Shown: positions 13,768-25,749 of the stretch, one piece after another
How the letters are laid out: the number at the start of each line of letters is the position of its first letter
Position numbering within the stretch: position 1 is the stretch's first letter
NCBI GenBank assembly: GCA_002245135.1
Contig: NGBS01000889.1
Span: forward strand, 62,001 to 126,000
DNA length: 64,000 nt
Origin: Proteromonas lacertae
Lineage: Eukaryota
Direction of reading: 5' to 3'
Notes under the pieces: model-generated
Seen by the model: the letters and a program-made list of their open reading frames with translations, nothing else
The model's database searches: none
What the model was told of the DNA's origin: nothing
Position numbers and translations under genes: made by a program

Positions 13768-13866
13768 CACAAAAAGAAAATATTAAAAAAACGAAAAGAT
13801 CTCGGTTTACGAAAACTTTATTGATAAAATTCCCCGTTTTCTGTTTTTTAAATTCAAAATAATATT

Positions 13867-16504
13867 ATGAATAGTTTAGGAATTAAACAAAGTTTTCATC
13901 GTGAAAAATTCAAAGGAAAAATTAAGATTAACAATCCTTACGAATATAAAAACAGAACAGCTGATGAAATAGACACTTCGATTTATAAGGATCCTACAAT
14001 AGAACCAAAATCACTAACAGGTGCAAAATCAAAGAAAGGAAATGCAAGAGTAAGAGATACAACTTTAAAAGTTTTTGAAGATTTAAATCGGTATATTTAA
14101 TTTTTTTAATCGATAGAGAATCTCACATTGATCCAGTAGAATATAGAAAAACATTATTCAAGGCACACAATGAAAAGAGAGCAACATATTCTAGTATTTC
14201 TCTTTGTTTTCTCAATATATAATAGAAATATTGAATTCTCAAATACCAATAGCAGAATTAAAAGCATCAAATATAGACGCAGATATAAAATGTTCATTGT
14301 TTTTAAATCAATATTTCGTTATATTAAAATACTATGAAGATTTGAATATGGTTCCTGAAGAATTGAGAAAAATAATGATTAAACTTGACAGTATATATAT
14401 ATATATATATATACTAATTTTATAGAATTATTGCGTATTTATACTACATCACTTAGAGAAAATCCTCATAATAATGAAAGTGTATATTCACTAATAACAT
14501 ACATAAGTGATATAAATGCAGAAAGAAATGATTTACTAAGCAAATATAATAAATTAAAAGAAAATTACTCTGTCTTATTAGAAGAAATAACTAAGAAAAA
14601 GAATACTTCCATTCCGTCATTAATAGCAGATATAAAAATATTATCTAAAGAATACAACAAACTAAAAGAAGAAGAAGATTTCTTAAAAGATGATGTTGAA
14701 TTAATTGAAAAGATTAATATCTATATTTCAGAGGAAACTCATGTATTTAGTGAAGAATTAATAGCGTTAAGAGCAAAACTACTATCTGAACATGATAAAA
14801 TGATGATTATTGATAAACATTTAGAAGTAAAACGAAAGAAATTGGATGATATTTATACAGAATTATTATTATATAAATATACACCCTGTATTCCAAAAGA
14901 AGTGTATGATAGATTATATAAAGAGTATTTATTACTATTAAAAGAAAAAGCAAAAATTGATCAAAAGTTATTCTTACAAAAAACTGATTTATCAGTATTA
15001 GGGTCAAAAGTAAGAGATTTAAAAGATAGATTAACAATGATGCAGAATACAGTATTAAAAGAAAGAGCATATGCCAGATCTACAACTCCACGACCAAATT
15101 GGAAAATAATCCTTCCAGATGAAGATCATCCTGATAATAGTAAAGATACAGTCGAGAAATTATACGAAGAATTGAAGTTATATAATAATCCAGAATTATA
15201 TGAAGAGATAATGAAAGTATTTATTATTATTATTATTATTTATAGTTACAAAAACAAATAAATGATTTAGATGAAGAAGCAATCAAACTACAGGAGAAGA
15301 TTGATAAATATGAAGAAACTAATCCAGAGATAAGATATGATAAGAATGAAGATGGTACTTTAATGCCATTATCTGATATAACAATGGGATTAAAACCATT
15401 ACCTGATACACCACAGGATCTTATTACAGATACACCAACATGTACAAGAGTCTTTGCTAAGAGAGATATTATGCAATTTGCATTAGGATTATGGAAATAT
15501 AAAATGGATAGAGTATGTATATATATAATAATTATTATTTTTTAATAGCCAAACTTTCAAAATGTTCCATTAGAAAAGATTATGTCTTCTTTTATATACA
15601 ATACATTTGGTATTAAAGGAATTGTAGCGACTTATAGAAAGAATTATATTTATGGATTGAGAGAATATATAGGCCATCCTCATATACAATTAACGTATTT
15701 AATATTGATAGGTGTATTTCCTGAAGTATTATATGTTGATATGTTGAATGTATTAGAATTAGTTAGAGACTTTGCTTCATATTTATCTACTAATTTATTT
15801 AGTCAAATCGTTGATTATTTACCTGTACAATTGTTTGTTGAATATCTTCCACAGCTATTTCCCAAATTTAGTGATAAGACAATAAAAACATTGAAGAGAT
15901 GTATAAATGAGATGTTTATGAATAATAAACTGTTATACATACCAAAATTAATGGAATATCATAAAATTGATTTAGATAATCCATTTATAAAGGAGATACA
16001 GACACAATATATTAAAATAGTGAAAGAGTTTATTGTTAATTTATTTTCACATATCAGAATGTTGAGTAATCAAGATCATTATGGTAAATGTAAAATAAGA
16101 GATATTAGAAAGTTATGGATGGAGTTAGATACATGTATTCCTAATGATGTATTAGATGAGTATATATATATATTTAGTAATTATTTTATTATTATAGAAG
16201 AATAGCAATTGGTATATGTAATGATAAAACACAAATTGGATTTAGTCTTGATGAAGAAATTGAGATTGAACCATTTATACAGAATCTACAGAATAGTGTT
16301 ATAACTCCTTTTGATTGGTGTAATAAGAACATTATTAATCAACTTGGTATATCTCGTTCTACCACTATTACTACAGCATCTGATGGGAAAAGTGTATTAA
16401 CAAGTAGGAAAAGTATAATAAGATCAGGTACAATATTGCCTAAAGGTAGTGATAGTAGTGTAAAAGTAGGAAATAGTGTTGTTTCAGTTAAGAATAGTGT
16501 GTAA
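13867..16504 (+). CDS. coiled-coil protein, TSNAXIP1-like (tentative); multi-exon
   Basis: Long coiled coil followed by STTPRPNW (resembles the TPRPDW motif of TSNAXIP1). Exons join through GT-AG introns to a stop at 16504. Confidence 0.5.
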
Positions 16505-16547
16505 TATTTATGTTTTTATTTTGTTTTTTTTCTCAATAAATTAAACA

Positions 16548-17708
16548 CAGGGTTGTATAAATAGGTAACCTATAGGTTATAGGTAAAACCTATAATCTAG
16601 CTTTGATCGTTGGTTGGTCAAACCTTGAGCATTATTTTGTTAAAATCTATTTTAATTACATACTGAGTAACATATGTTTAATACAAACTATCATACTATA
16701 TAAAATATTATTCCTGCTTCTTGTTTTACTTTAATTACCATAGTTAGAATAAGATTGGTTGAAATTGTATAAATATCTATTCTGATATATTAATATTCAT
16801 CTACAAACTACTCAATAGTGATATTTAACATATTTATAAACAACTTGTTATTTTGATGATTAATTTATATTGATTACTATCTCTAAAAAACAAATATTAA
16901 TGTAATTATAATAATAAATCTCTATTTCTGGATATTAATGATTTGTCTTCAATAAGTCTCTTACTTTCTCAGTTTCTGAAAATAAATAAGCATTATAAAA
17001 CTCTCTTAGAGGTATAATATATCCTAGTTTGAAGCAAAACCTTCTAAATTCTGGTGAGTCTAATATTGTGGTACTGACTGCATTGAAGGTTATTAATTTA
17101 AATAGATCTTTGTTGACAGAATCTGAATTGACTTTGGCTTTTACCATATGTAATAATCTGAATATTTTATTTTAATCACGTTTTCCAAAACATTTTGAAG
17201 TCGTTAAAATGTTACTTCTCTAACATACAACAATTGAATAAATCCACAACTTCTTTCGATGCGAGAGGAGGTAATGTGATATCCCTATAGTTTCATATAT
17301 TATAAAGTCTTATAAATATTGAGTAATTATACTTCTAAATGATCTAAATCTTAAAAAATAAAGATTTACTTAGTCAAACCATCAAGCTTGATGTTTTTTT
17401 CTTTTATTTTTTTTATTCTATAATTAATTTAATATTATGTTAATAATATGTTATTGTGAGTCATCATTGAGAAATAGATCAAAAAAATAGTAATATAAAA
17501 AGTGCATCGACCGAAGGTCAAATTTGATATTTGAAAGATGATGTATAAAACATTAATTTTGTATATATGGTTAGATTATATGCTTCTTAACTCATGTTCA
17601 ATAGGAGGTCAACTAATAGTTAGTATAAGGAAGGTAAAGGTCAAGCTAAAGATATAGGTTTTGACCTATAGGTAAACCTATATTTTTTGACCGAAAAATA
17701 CAACACTG
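16548..17708. mobile_element. degenerate hAT-like DNA transposon (about 1.16 kb)
   Basis: Terminal inverted repeats CAGGGTTGTAT and ATACAACACTG, mirrored subterminal ATAGGT/ACCTAT arrays, and an internal transposase-like fragment at 16935-17147(-). Confidence 0.75.
16935..17147 (-). pseudogene. hAT transposase fragment
   Basis: ILDSPEFRRFCFKLGYIIPLR resembles the hAT N-terminal 'IVESxxFRxxxxxLxYxxPSR' segment. Flanks are interrupted by stops. Confidence 0.6.
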
Positions 17709-18217
17709 ATTTTAACACCTTTTTCTTATGATTTTTTATTATCTTCGAGTTTGATTCAACAGCTAATATTTTGCACAACTCTTGATGTTATGTTGTAGTT
17801 TATATTAAGCTAGTTATCTAAGAAATCTAATTGTAAAGAATTTTGTAATCACTAGCTATATACATATTATGTATATATTTACAATAATTAGAACATTTTT
17901 AATCATAATAACAAATTTGAAATACATTGCGATAGAATAACACATATTAATTAAGAATATTTATAGATCAGAATAAGGTTAGTATATTTAATTACAAAAG
18001 CGTCTACTCAAGCCAAATACTACAGAAAGAGATAGTAATATCGATTATATCATATTAATTACAAAAGATTAAAAGCAAAACATAATTCAAAATAAAGAGT
18101 CGTTATATCCTTTTTTAAATTTCATTAATAATAGATAATATATTGTATGAATTCACATAACCATATAATATAATGTGATAGTAACAAAAATAATCAAATC
18201 AAATAAATAATGTATAT

Positions 18218-19112
18218 TTAATTAATACCACACAACTCTCTCATCTCAATTACATTTCCCTGTATTCCTTTATTCACTTTTTCTATCCTTCTTTTATCAA
18301 ATGAATCAAATCCTGGCATTTTTATTAAAGATTGTTTGGTTATTTGATTATTGGTTAATATTAAACTATTCAAGAAAGGTGATTCAAAGAAATTCTTTGG
18401 TATAAATGACAATTGATTATTTACTAAAGAACATATACTTAACTCTGGAAATACAACTTCATCACTAATTACAACTATTTTATTATTATCTAAATATAAA
18501 GAAGATAGTTTAGGAATTAGTGAAAATTCTTTAGCTAATTCAACAAAATTGTTATTTGACAAGTTCAAACTACTTAATTTTGGAAGCCTTGTTAATTCCA
18601 TTGGTAATATACTTATGTTATTAGATGACAGTGATATTTCTGTTAAAGTTGGTGGTAAAGGTCCACAGTTTGTTATACTATTCTCTTCTACTAGTAACTA
18701 TATTTAACAATTAATGTGGTATTGTATATATACTTTTTCTAATGAGCAACAAGTTAGTAGATTTGGTAATTCTTTTAATTGATTTGAGTTTAAATTAAGT
18801 ATTTTTAGTTTTGGAAATCCAAGTTCTTGTATCAATTCTGATATTAGATTTACAGATAAATCAAGTGTTTTTAACTATAAATAAATAGAGTTAAAAAATA
18901 CATCTCTGACAAGTAGTAATTGTTGTGGAATTAACTTTATACCACAGTTTGAAAAAAGCCCAATTTTCATTTTATTGGCTTTATCTATTTTTTCTTCAAG
19001 AACTTTTTTTGATATTAAGCTATCGTGTTTCTAAACTACATTATACTATAAGTAATACTTTCACTATTTTTTTCCTTTGATGTTCCTTAACAATACTAGA
19101 GTTTTGACCCAT
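18218..19112 (-). CDS. LRR protein, LRRC57-like; multi-exon
   Basis: N-terminus MGQNSS (possible myristoylation), typical LRRs and a C-terminal GFDSFDKRR. Confidence 0.7.
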
Positions 19113-19178
19113 TTTTTGATTTTTAATACTATTTGAAACGGATCTATTTTGTTTGTATTTATTTGTATTTTGTTTTTC

Positions 19179-20087
19179 ATGATTGTTGTATATATAGTTG
19201 CTATTATATTGGCATTTTTTGTTTTGTTTAATTATTACTTTTACAGCTATATTACTGATTCTGAGAATATATCAGGCAAACCACAAATATGGGACAAAAA
19301 AGAAGTACTCTATTCTGAATGTGGATACTCCAGTATTAAAATTGTACATATGAAAAATTACACAACATTCGTTCATTCAAGTAATGATATTATCTCAAAC
19401 ATAATCAAGACATCAAAGCATTGGTTTGATTGTGAATTATTACCAAGTATGTGGGATGAAATAGAAGATTTAAACAAGAATGAAGGTGTGTTTGTTGATA
19501 TTGGAGCACATATAGGTTCTTGTTCTTTGTTGATGTTGAATGAAGGTATTAAGACTGTATCGTTTGAACCAGTAAGTGAAAATTTGTATGTATTCACAAA
19601 ATCTGTATGGAATAATGTAAAGTTTGCAAATGATATTGAGATTTACCAATGTGGATTAGGTAATTCTACTCAAGAATTAAACATATATATAAATAGACAA
19701 AATATAGGCGAATCTAGTGTTGAAGCTGTTCCGTTGACTACTTCGGTAAATATGACATTTGAAAACAGAATAATAAAGATGTTCAAATTGGATGATATAT
19801 GGAAAAGTAAATACAATGATATTGTGATTAATTTGTTAAAATTGGATGTGAATGGTTTTGAATTATATGTATTACAAGGATGCACACAGTTATTGAAGGA
19901 TAATAGAATATTATCTTTGTATATCGAAATTAATTGTAACTATTTATCAAGATATGGAGTGAAATCTGAAGATATATTTAATTTGTTAGAGAAATATGGT
20001 TATTTTGTGAAAGAAAAACAACATTGTACTGAGGACTTAACTTATAATACTGGTGTAATACTCAAGAAATTCAAACAAAACGTATAA
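19179..20087 (+). CDS. FkbM-family SAM-dependent methyltransferase with N-terminal TM anchor; intronless
   Basis: VFVDIGAHIG, SFEP and LLKLDVNGFELYVLQG. Confidence 0.85.
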   Translation: MIVVYIVAIILAFFVLFNYYFYSYITDSENISGKPQIWDKKEVLYSECGYSSIKIVHMKNYTTFVHSSNDIISNIIKTSKHWFDCELLPSMWDEIEDLNKNEGVFVDIGAHIGSCSLLMLNEGIKTVSFEPVSENLYVFTKSVWNNVKFANDIEIYQCGLGNSTQELNIYINRQNIGESSVEAVPLTTSVNMTFENRIIKMFKLDDIWKSKYNDIVINLLKLDVNGFELYVLQGCTQLLKDNRILSLYIEINCNYLSRYGVKSEDIFNLLEKYGYFVKEKQHCTEDLTYNTGVILKKFKQNV

Positions 20088-20204
20088 ATGTGTCATTTAT
20101 CATTTGTATTTATAATCACATATAAATTCCCCCTAAATTAATTAATTTAAAAGTAATATTTCAAAATATATTATTTATTTTTTAGTTTAATAAATTTGTT
20201 CAAA

Positions 20205-22388
20205 TTATCCCTCTTGATTTATAACCATAACATCAGCACCTTCAAAGTTCAAGTGTCCAAAATCTGCACCATCATTATTATGTTCAAGTTGTTTCTTCTT
20301 ATATTCTTGACTCTTAATCTTTAATTGTAACAAATTATAGAATTGTTGGAACATTTCCTTCTGCTTCTTATCAGTATCCTCATTATCTTTCAATGATTTT
20401 TGTTTCTTTAAAAGTGTTTTTGTAAGACTTTCTAATCGATTCAATCGATCATTATATAAATCTTTATAAGAGTGGAAATCTGGTGTTAATACTTCAGCTC
20501 CTGATAGATATTTCTCCTCATGTTGTGCTCTATCAACTTGCTGTTGTAATATTGATATATTAGCACATAATTGGTGATACATTGATTCATATTTCAAACA
20601 TTGTGATTCTATTTGATCACATTGAGATTCCATATTCTTTCTTTCTGCTTCTAAACCTACAGCTGTGTTGTTATATGTTTGATTCTTTTCTTTATGAATG
20701 GATTCTAAATTACTATATTCTTCACGAGCAACACGTAAGTCATTAATCTATTCATAATAATAATAATATATAATATATAATATATATACTTGTGGTCCTA
20801 AGATATTCTTCTTTGCATCTAATTGAGCTTTCACTTGATCAATCTGTTTAGATAATTCTTCCAATATCTTTGCCTTATCTTCGTCACTCTTTGATTTCTC
20901 ATTAGAAACTACCTCTATTTGATCTTTTACAGCTCTTGCACCACTTACTCCTCTTATTCTCTCTAATTCAGAGACAATATCTTCATAATGCTCATCTCTC
21001 TCTTGTAATACCTTTACTGTTCTATCTAATATAACCGTTTCAGCTTGAATCTTCTCAAGCTCTTGTTTCAAACCTTTGTATTTTTCAGTAGTTTGTAATA
21101 ACACTTCTCTATATTTCTTAAATCTTTGAGCTCTTTGATAAGCTTCTTGATTACTTTTTATCTCATTTTCAACTGATTGTTTCTCTTGTTTCTCTTCTTC
21201 TAATTCTTTCTCTTTCTTTGTTATCTCCTTTTGTAATTGTGAAACTTTCTTTTTATATATTTCTAACTGACTATTTCCACTTGATTTCAATTGTTCAATC
21301 TCATTCTTCATTTGTGCAATATCATTCTGATATTGTTCAACATTACCTTGCATCATTCTAATATCATTCTCAGTACGTGGAGCACTTGCCATTTGCTGTA
21401 ATTCTGATAATTGTTTCTGCTTTTCCTTCAATATTGCTGGTAAATTAACAAGTGCTTGTGATTTGAATCTATCTACTTCATTCTGTAATGCATCTAACAT
21501 CTCTTGTGGTGTAGATGAGTTCTGTTCAACTGTCTTCATCTCTCTATATCTAAATATTGCATCTTCTTTCTTTACTTTACATTGTTCATAGTTAGTCTGT
21601 TGTTCATATATTCTATCTTGTAGTCTTTGTTCCTCTTCTTGTTGATGTCTTAATTCTCTCGTTGCATCTAATAATTCATCGAATCCTTCATAACTCTTAT
21701 TACGGAGTTTCATTCCTTCTATTTTGCTTTCTAATTGCTTCTTTTCTTCAGTCAGTGTGTTAATGTCTTTGATTAATTCTTGGGGATTTTGAGCAGTTTC
21801 TTTTTTCTTTTCTAATTCTTTATGGATCTCTATAAATGTTTTTCTTAATTCTTCATTTTCTTGTTGTAATTGCTGGATATTGGCATCTTGAGAGAATTCT
21901 GAGGGAACTTCAATTCTTTGAATGAATCTTCCTAAATATGCACGAAGTTGTAACATTTGGAAGTTTATTAATACATAACGAAGTGCTGGATAGACTGCTA
22001 CTTTATCACCATTCATTAAACCATTTCTCCAATCATCTCTAGTAAAAATAAATGAGTTAATATATACTCTGATAAACCTTGCATACGAAATTTCAATAAT
22101 TTCAAGAATTCCATCATTCTTGTCACAGCTATATCTTTTTGTTCTGTCTTTAAATCGACAGTGTAATTAGAATCCAAAGTGGTTAAGACCTATTGATCAA
22201 ATTTACCAAAAATATACTTCATTAAATAAATCTAAAAGCTCTTGACCTACTATTTCATCAAATACAACCTAATTACATAGACATCATAAGAAACATACTA
22301 AAGAGTAATTTTTATTAAAGGGAGGTTGATTTAATCTCTCAACAATTTCTCTATGAATATCAGCACCTGCTTTACTCAGGTCAGACAT
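20205..22388 (-). CDS. IFT81: intraflagellar transport protein 81
   Basis: N-terminus IVERLNQPPFNKNYSL, then GDKVAVYPAL and LRAYLGRF, a long coiled coil, and C-terminal QKEMFQQFYNLLQLK. Confidence 0.88.
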
Positions 22389-22612
22389 GCTTTAAAATTA
22401 AATCAAAAAAATAAAAATTCAAAACGATCCGTAATTTACTTGTCAAAATGACAAAATCAGTTATTTTTTCAAATTAAATATGAGAAACGAATTACTTTTC
22501 ATTTAGTTGTTTTCTTGTTTTTTAGCATTAATTTAAATTATTTAACTATCTGTAACATTTAAAATATATTAATTTCTTTCAAATTTTACAGTAAAGCGTT
22601 TATTTATTGAAT

Positions 22613-23476
22613 ATGAGAGGATTGTTGATTGTAATATATTTTCTATCGGTATTTGGTAAATATGGAGATTGCCCGGGTAAGTGTAGTGGTCATGGATCAT
22701 GTATTCCACGTAATATCAATCATGCACCTGATTTACCAGATTATATTTGTAGATGTGAACCAGATTACACAGGAATTGATTGTGAACAGAGTATATTGAT
22801 ATTAATATAATGAATATTGTAAATAGGAAAATGCGCTACAACATTTCCAACAGTAAATCTTCGTAGAACTCCAGATGTAGAAGAATTTGTAATAAAGCCA
22901 AAATCTTCAAAGAAACCAATAATTAGTGGATGTTTAGTATATGCAGAATATATAGATGAAAAGAATAGAAAGCATTATACAGAATTGTTTAACATTTTTA
23001 ATAATTTTACTTCTGCATATATCGATAATAGTAATATTAATCATCATCTAATACAGAATGAATGTGTTGGTAATGATTATCCTGGTTTTGTTGAGGCAAT
23101 AAATTCACTGCCAAATATAACAACAAAAGTAAAAACAGTTGAAATAAGAAGAGTATTATCCAATGTAATAATGGTGAGATTGAAGTATGATGTAAAAAAT
23201 CCATTATTTGTTGATCCTAATATAAAAATAAAAATATTAACAAATGATGAATTGAAAGTCTATCCTTATTCTCATAAGAAGAATTTGGTAGAAATTAGGT
23301 CATCTGTTTTTGGTAGTAGGGTTTATAATCCTTTAATCTCAAAGTTTATTTATTATGAAGGTCATAAATCCCTATCTCCAGTGGAATGCAGTGGTAATGG
23401 AGAATGTGATAGAAAAACTGGAAATTGTAGATGTTTTGATGGATATGAAGGTCCATCATGTAATATAAGACTGTAA
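22613..23476 (+). CDS. secreted protein with two EGF/tenascin-like domains; 1 intron
   Basis: Signal peptide, CPGKCSGHGSC..CRCEPDYTGIDC and ECSGNGECD..CRCFDGYEGPSC. Confidence 0.8.
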
Positions 23477-23539
23477 TTTTAATGATATTATATAATACAC
23501 AACAGTTGTAATATGTCAAAACATTAATTACTTTTTTAA

Positions 23540-24239
23540 TTATGCTTCTTTTGGTCTACGATCTGATTTGGCATATTCTTCATACTTTGGAAGCTTCTTG
23601 AAATGCTCCATGAACGATTTGATATGTTCATATTTCTCATAACAGCCTGGATCATAATCATTCAAAGCGCAAATCACATCAAACACACAAATATCAGCAA
23701 TGGATACTTTATCACCTATAAAATAATCTCCCTTATTCTTTGCCTTTAAGTGATCAAAATAATAGAGATAATGAGGTAAAGTTGTTTCTGTCTCACTATC
23801 CTTCTTAAACTTCTTCTTTACTTCTTCATCTGTAGAATAGTATAGCACCTGATATAATGCTCTTCTTACATCGTCTGTTCCTTCAACTACAATATCAATT
23901 AATACTTGTTCTTCTTCGTCCTTTCCAAAAAGATCAAGAATTCTACCTAAATATCTCATAATAGCTAAACTTTGAACATATTTATGTCCTTTATGTTCTA
24001 ACATTGGAAGCGTTCCAAAGGGCAAAGTTCCATCTTCAGTCATTTTTATTTTCATTTTTGGCCAAACATCCCAAGTAATTCTATTGTGTGATATAAAATA
24101 GTGATTATTATACTTTTCTTGGTCATACTTCTTGCCTGCTAATTCAAGAGCAATTCTATCAGTTATAAATGCATTTAATATACCTAATTTGCTCACCTCT
24201 GCCTCTAATATCAAAATAAGTAAGTTTAAATTCAGCCAT
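23540..24239 (-). CDS. glutathione S-transferase (sigma/pi/mu-like), copy 1
   Basis: MAEFKLTYFDIRGRGEQIR after splicing, LPFGTLP, QSLAIMRYLG and GDKVSIAD. Confidence 0.9.
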
Positions 24240-24745
24240 TTGAAAATTCAATCAAAAATCTTTCTTTCTTCCAATAGTATTTTCTTAACAAAGCGGGATG
24301 TGGCGCCTTTTTAATATTACGGAAAAGAGAAAATGCATTATTAACTGCTTCAAAACCTATGCATATTAAAGACAATATTAAAAGCTAAATATAATGTGAG
24401 TGATTTTTAAACATCTGTTCTGATTATGTTTTTTTTTCTTCATATTTTATGACATTTATAAAACATAATACTTTCAAAAGAGGATTTTTTTTCTTTTTGT
24501 CTAGTTCCTTAACTATGTCAAGAATTTGAAGAAACATTTTGTCCTTTTTCTTCTCACCATATCCATACTTAGATATAATATTAGCATGATGAAATCTGAT
24601 TATAGATTATTTTTAAAATAAATATAGAGTGGTAATTTTACACAATTTATTCAATTTCTTATTTTAATAATCTTTTTCGTTATACATAATGTTACTTAAC
24701 TATTTACTGTTGACAACGAATAAAAGAATCATAGCAATTGAGAGA

Positions 24746-25441
24746 TTATGCTTCTTTTGGTCTACGATCTGATTTGGCATATTCTTCATACTTTGGAAGT
24801 TTACTGAAATGTTCCATGAATGATTTGATATGTTCATATTTCTCATAACATCCTTTATAGAATTCATTTATGCAACACATCACATCAAACACACAAATAT
24901 CAGCAATGGATACTTTATCACCTACAAAATAATCTCCCTTATTCTTTGCCTTTAAGTGATCAAAATAATAGAGATAATGAGGTAAAGTTGTTTCTCTTTC
25001 ATTATCTTCGCCGAATATCTTAATCTTATTCTCATCTTTACTCAATACAACGGGATATAAAGCATATTTCAAATCAACTGTTTCATCCATTATACTGTCT
25101 ATCAACTGTTTTTCTTCAGCATTTTTCCCATAAAAACCAAATAGATTACCCAAATACCTCATAATTGACATACTTTGAACATATTTATTCCCATTATACT
25201 CCAACAGAGGAATAGTTCCAAAAGGTAGTGTTTCATCTTCTATCAACTTCTTTTTAATGACAGGCCATTCAGTTTTTGAGTATCTACAAATCATTATATA
25301 ATTGAAAAAATACATGATTGATTCATAACTTTTACCTGCTAATTCAAGTGCAATTCTATATAACCGAATATCTTACTTATTATACCTTATAGGTTCTGCT
25401 CTACCTCTTAAATCGAAGTAACTAAGCTTGAATTCAGCCAT
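24746..25441 (-). CDS. glutathione S-transferase, copy 2
   Basis: MAEFKLSYFDLRGRAEPIR, LPFGTIP and QSMSIMRYLG; tandem paralog of copy 1. Confidence 0.9.
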
Positions 25442-25749
25442 TTATTCATGCAAATCTTATAAAATTGATTATCCAATAGTTTTGTGTTTCAATGGCGCCA
25501 TTTGGCGGTTTTGAATAGGAATGATAACTATTATATGTTTTACAATTAATATTATACTTTAATTTCCTAACAGAATAATAAAATTAATATGTAATATAGT
25601 ATTAAATTATAAAAATTATAATATTAACAAATATTTTTCTTTCATATCAATGTCTACTAATAGTTACACAAGCGGTCCTATGAATAACTGTTGTGCTAGA
25701 ATATATAAAGAGATAATGGCTAAAATGCAAAATAGATTTTTCGAGCTCA

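Noticed and set aside
16560..17682. CRISPR-like or telomeric interpretation of the ATAGGT repeats
   Set aside because: They are short, irregular and mirrored at the two ends of one element, with no spacers. Transposon subterminal repeats explain them better.
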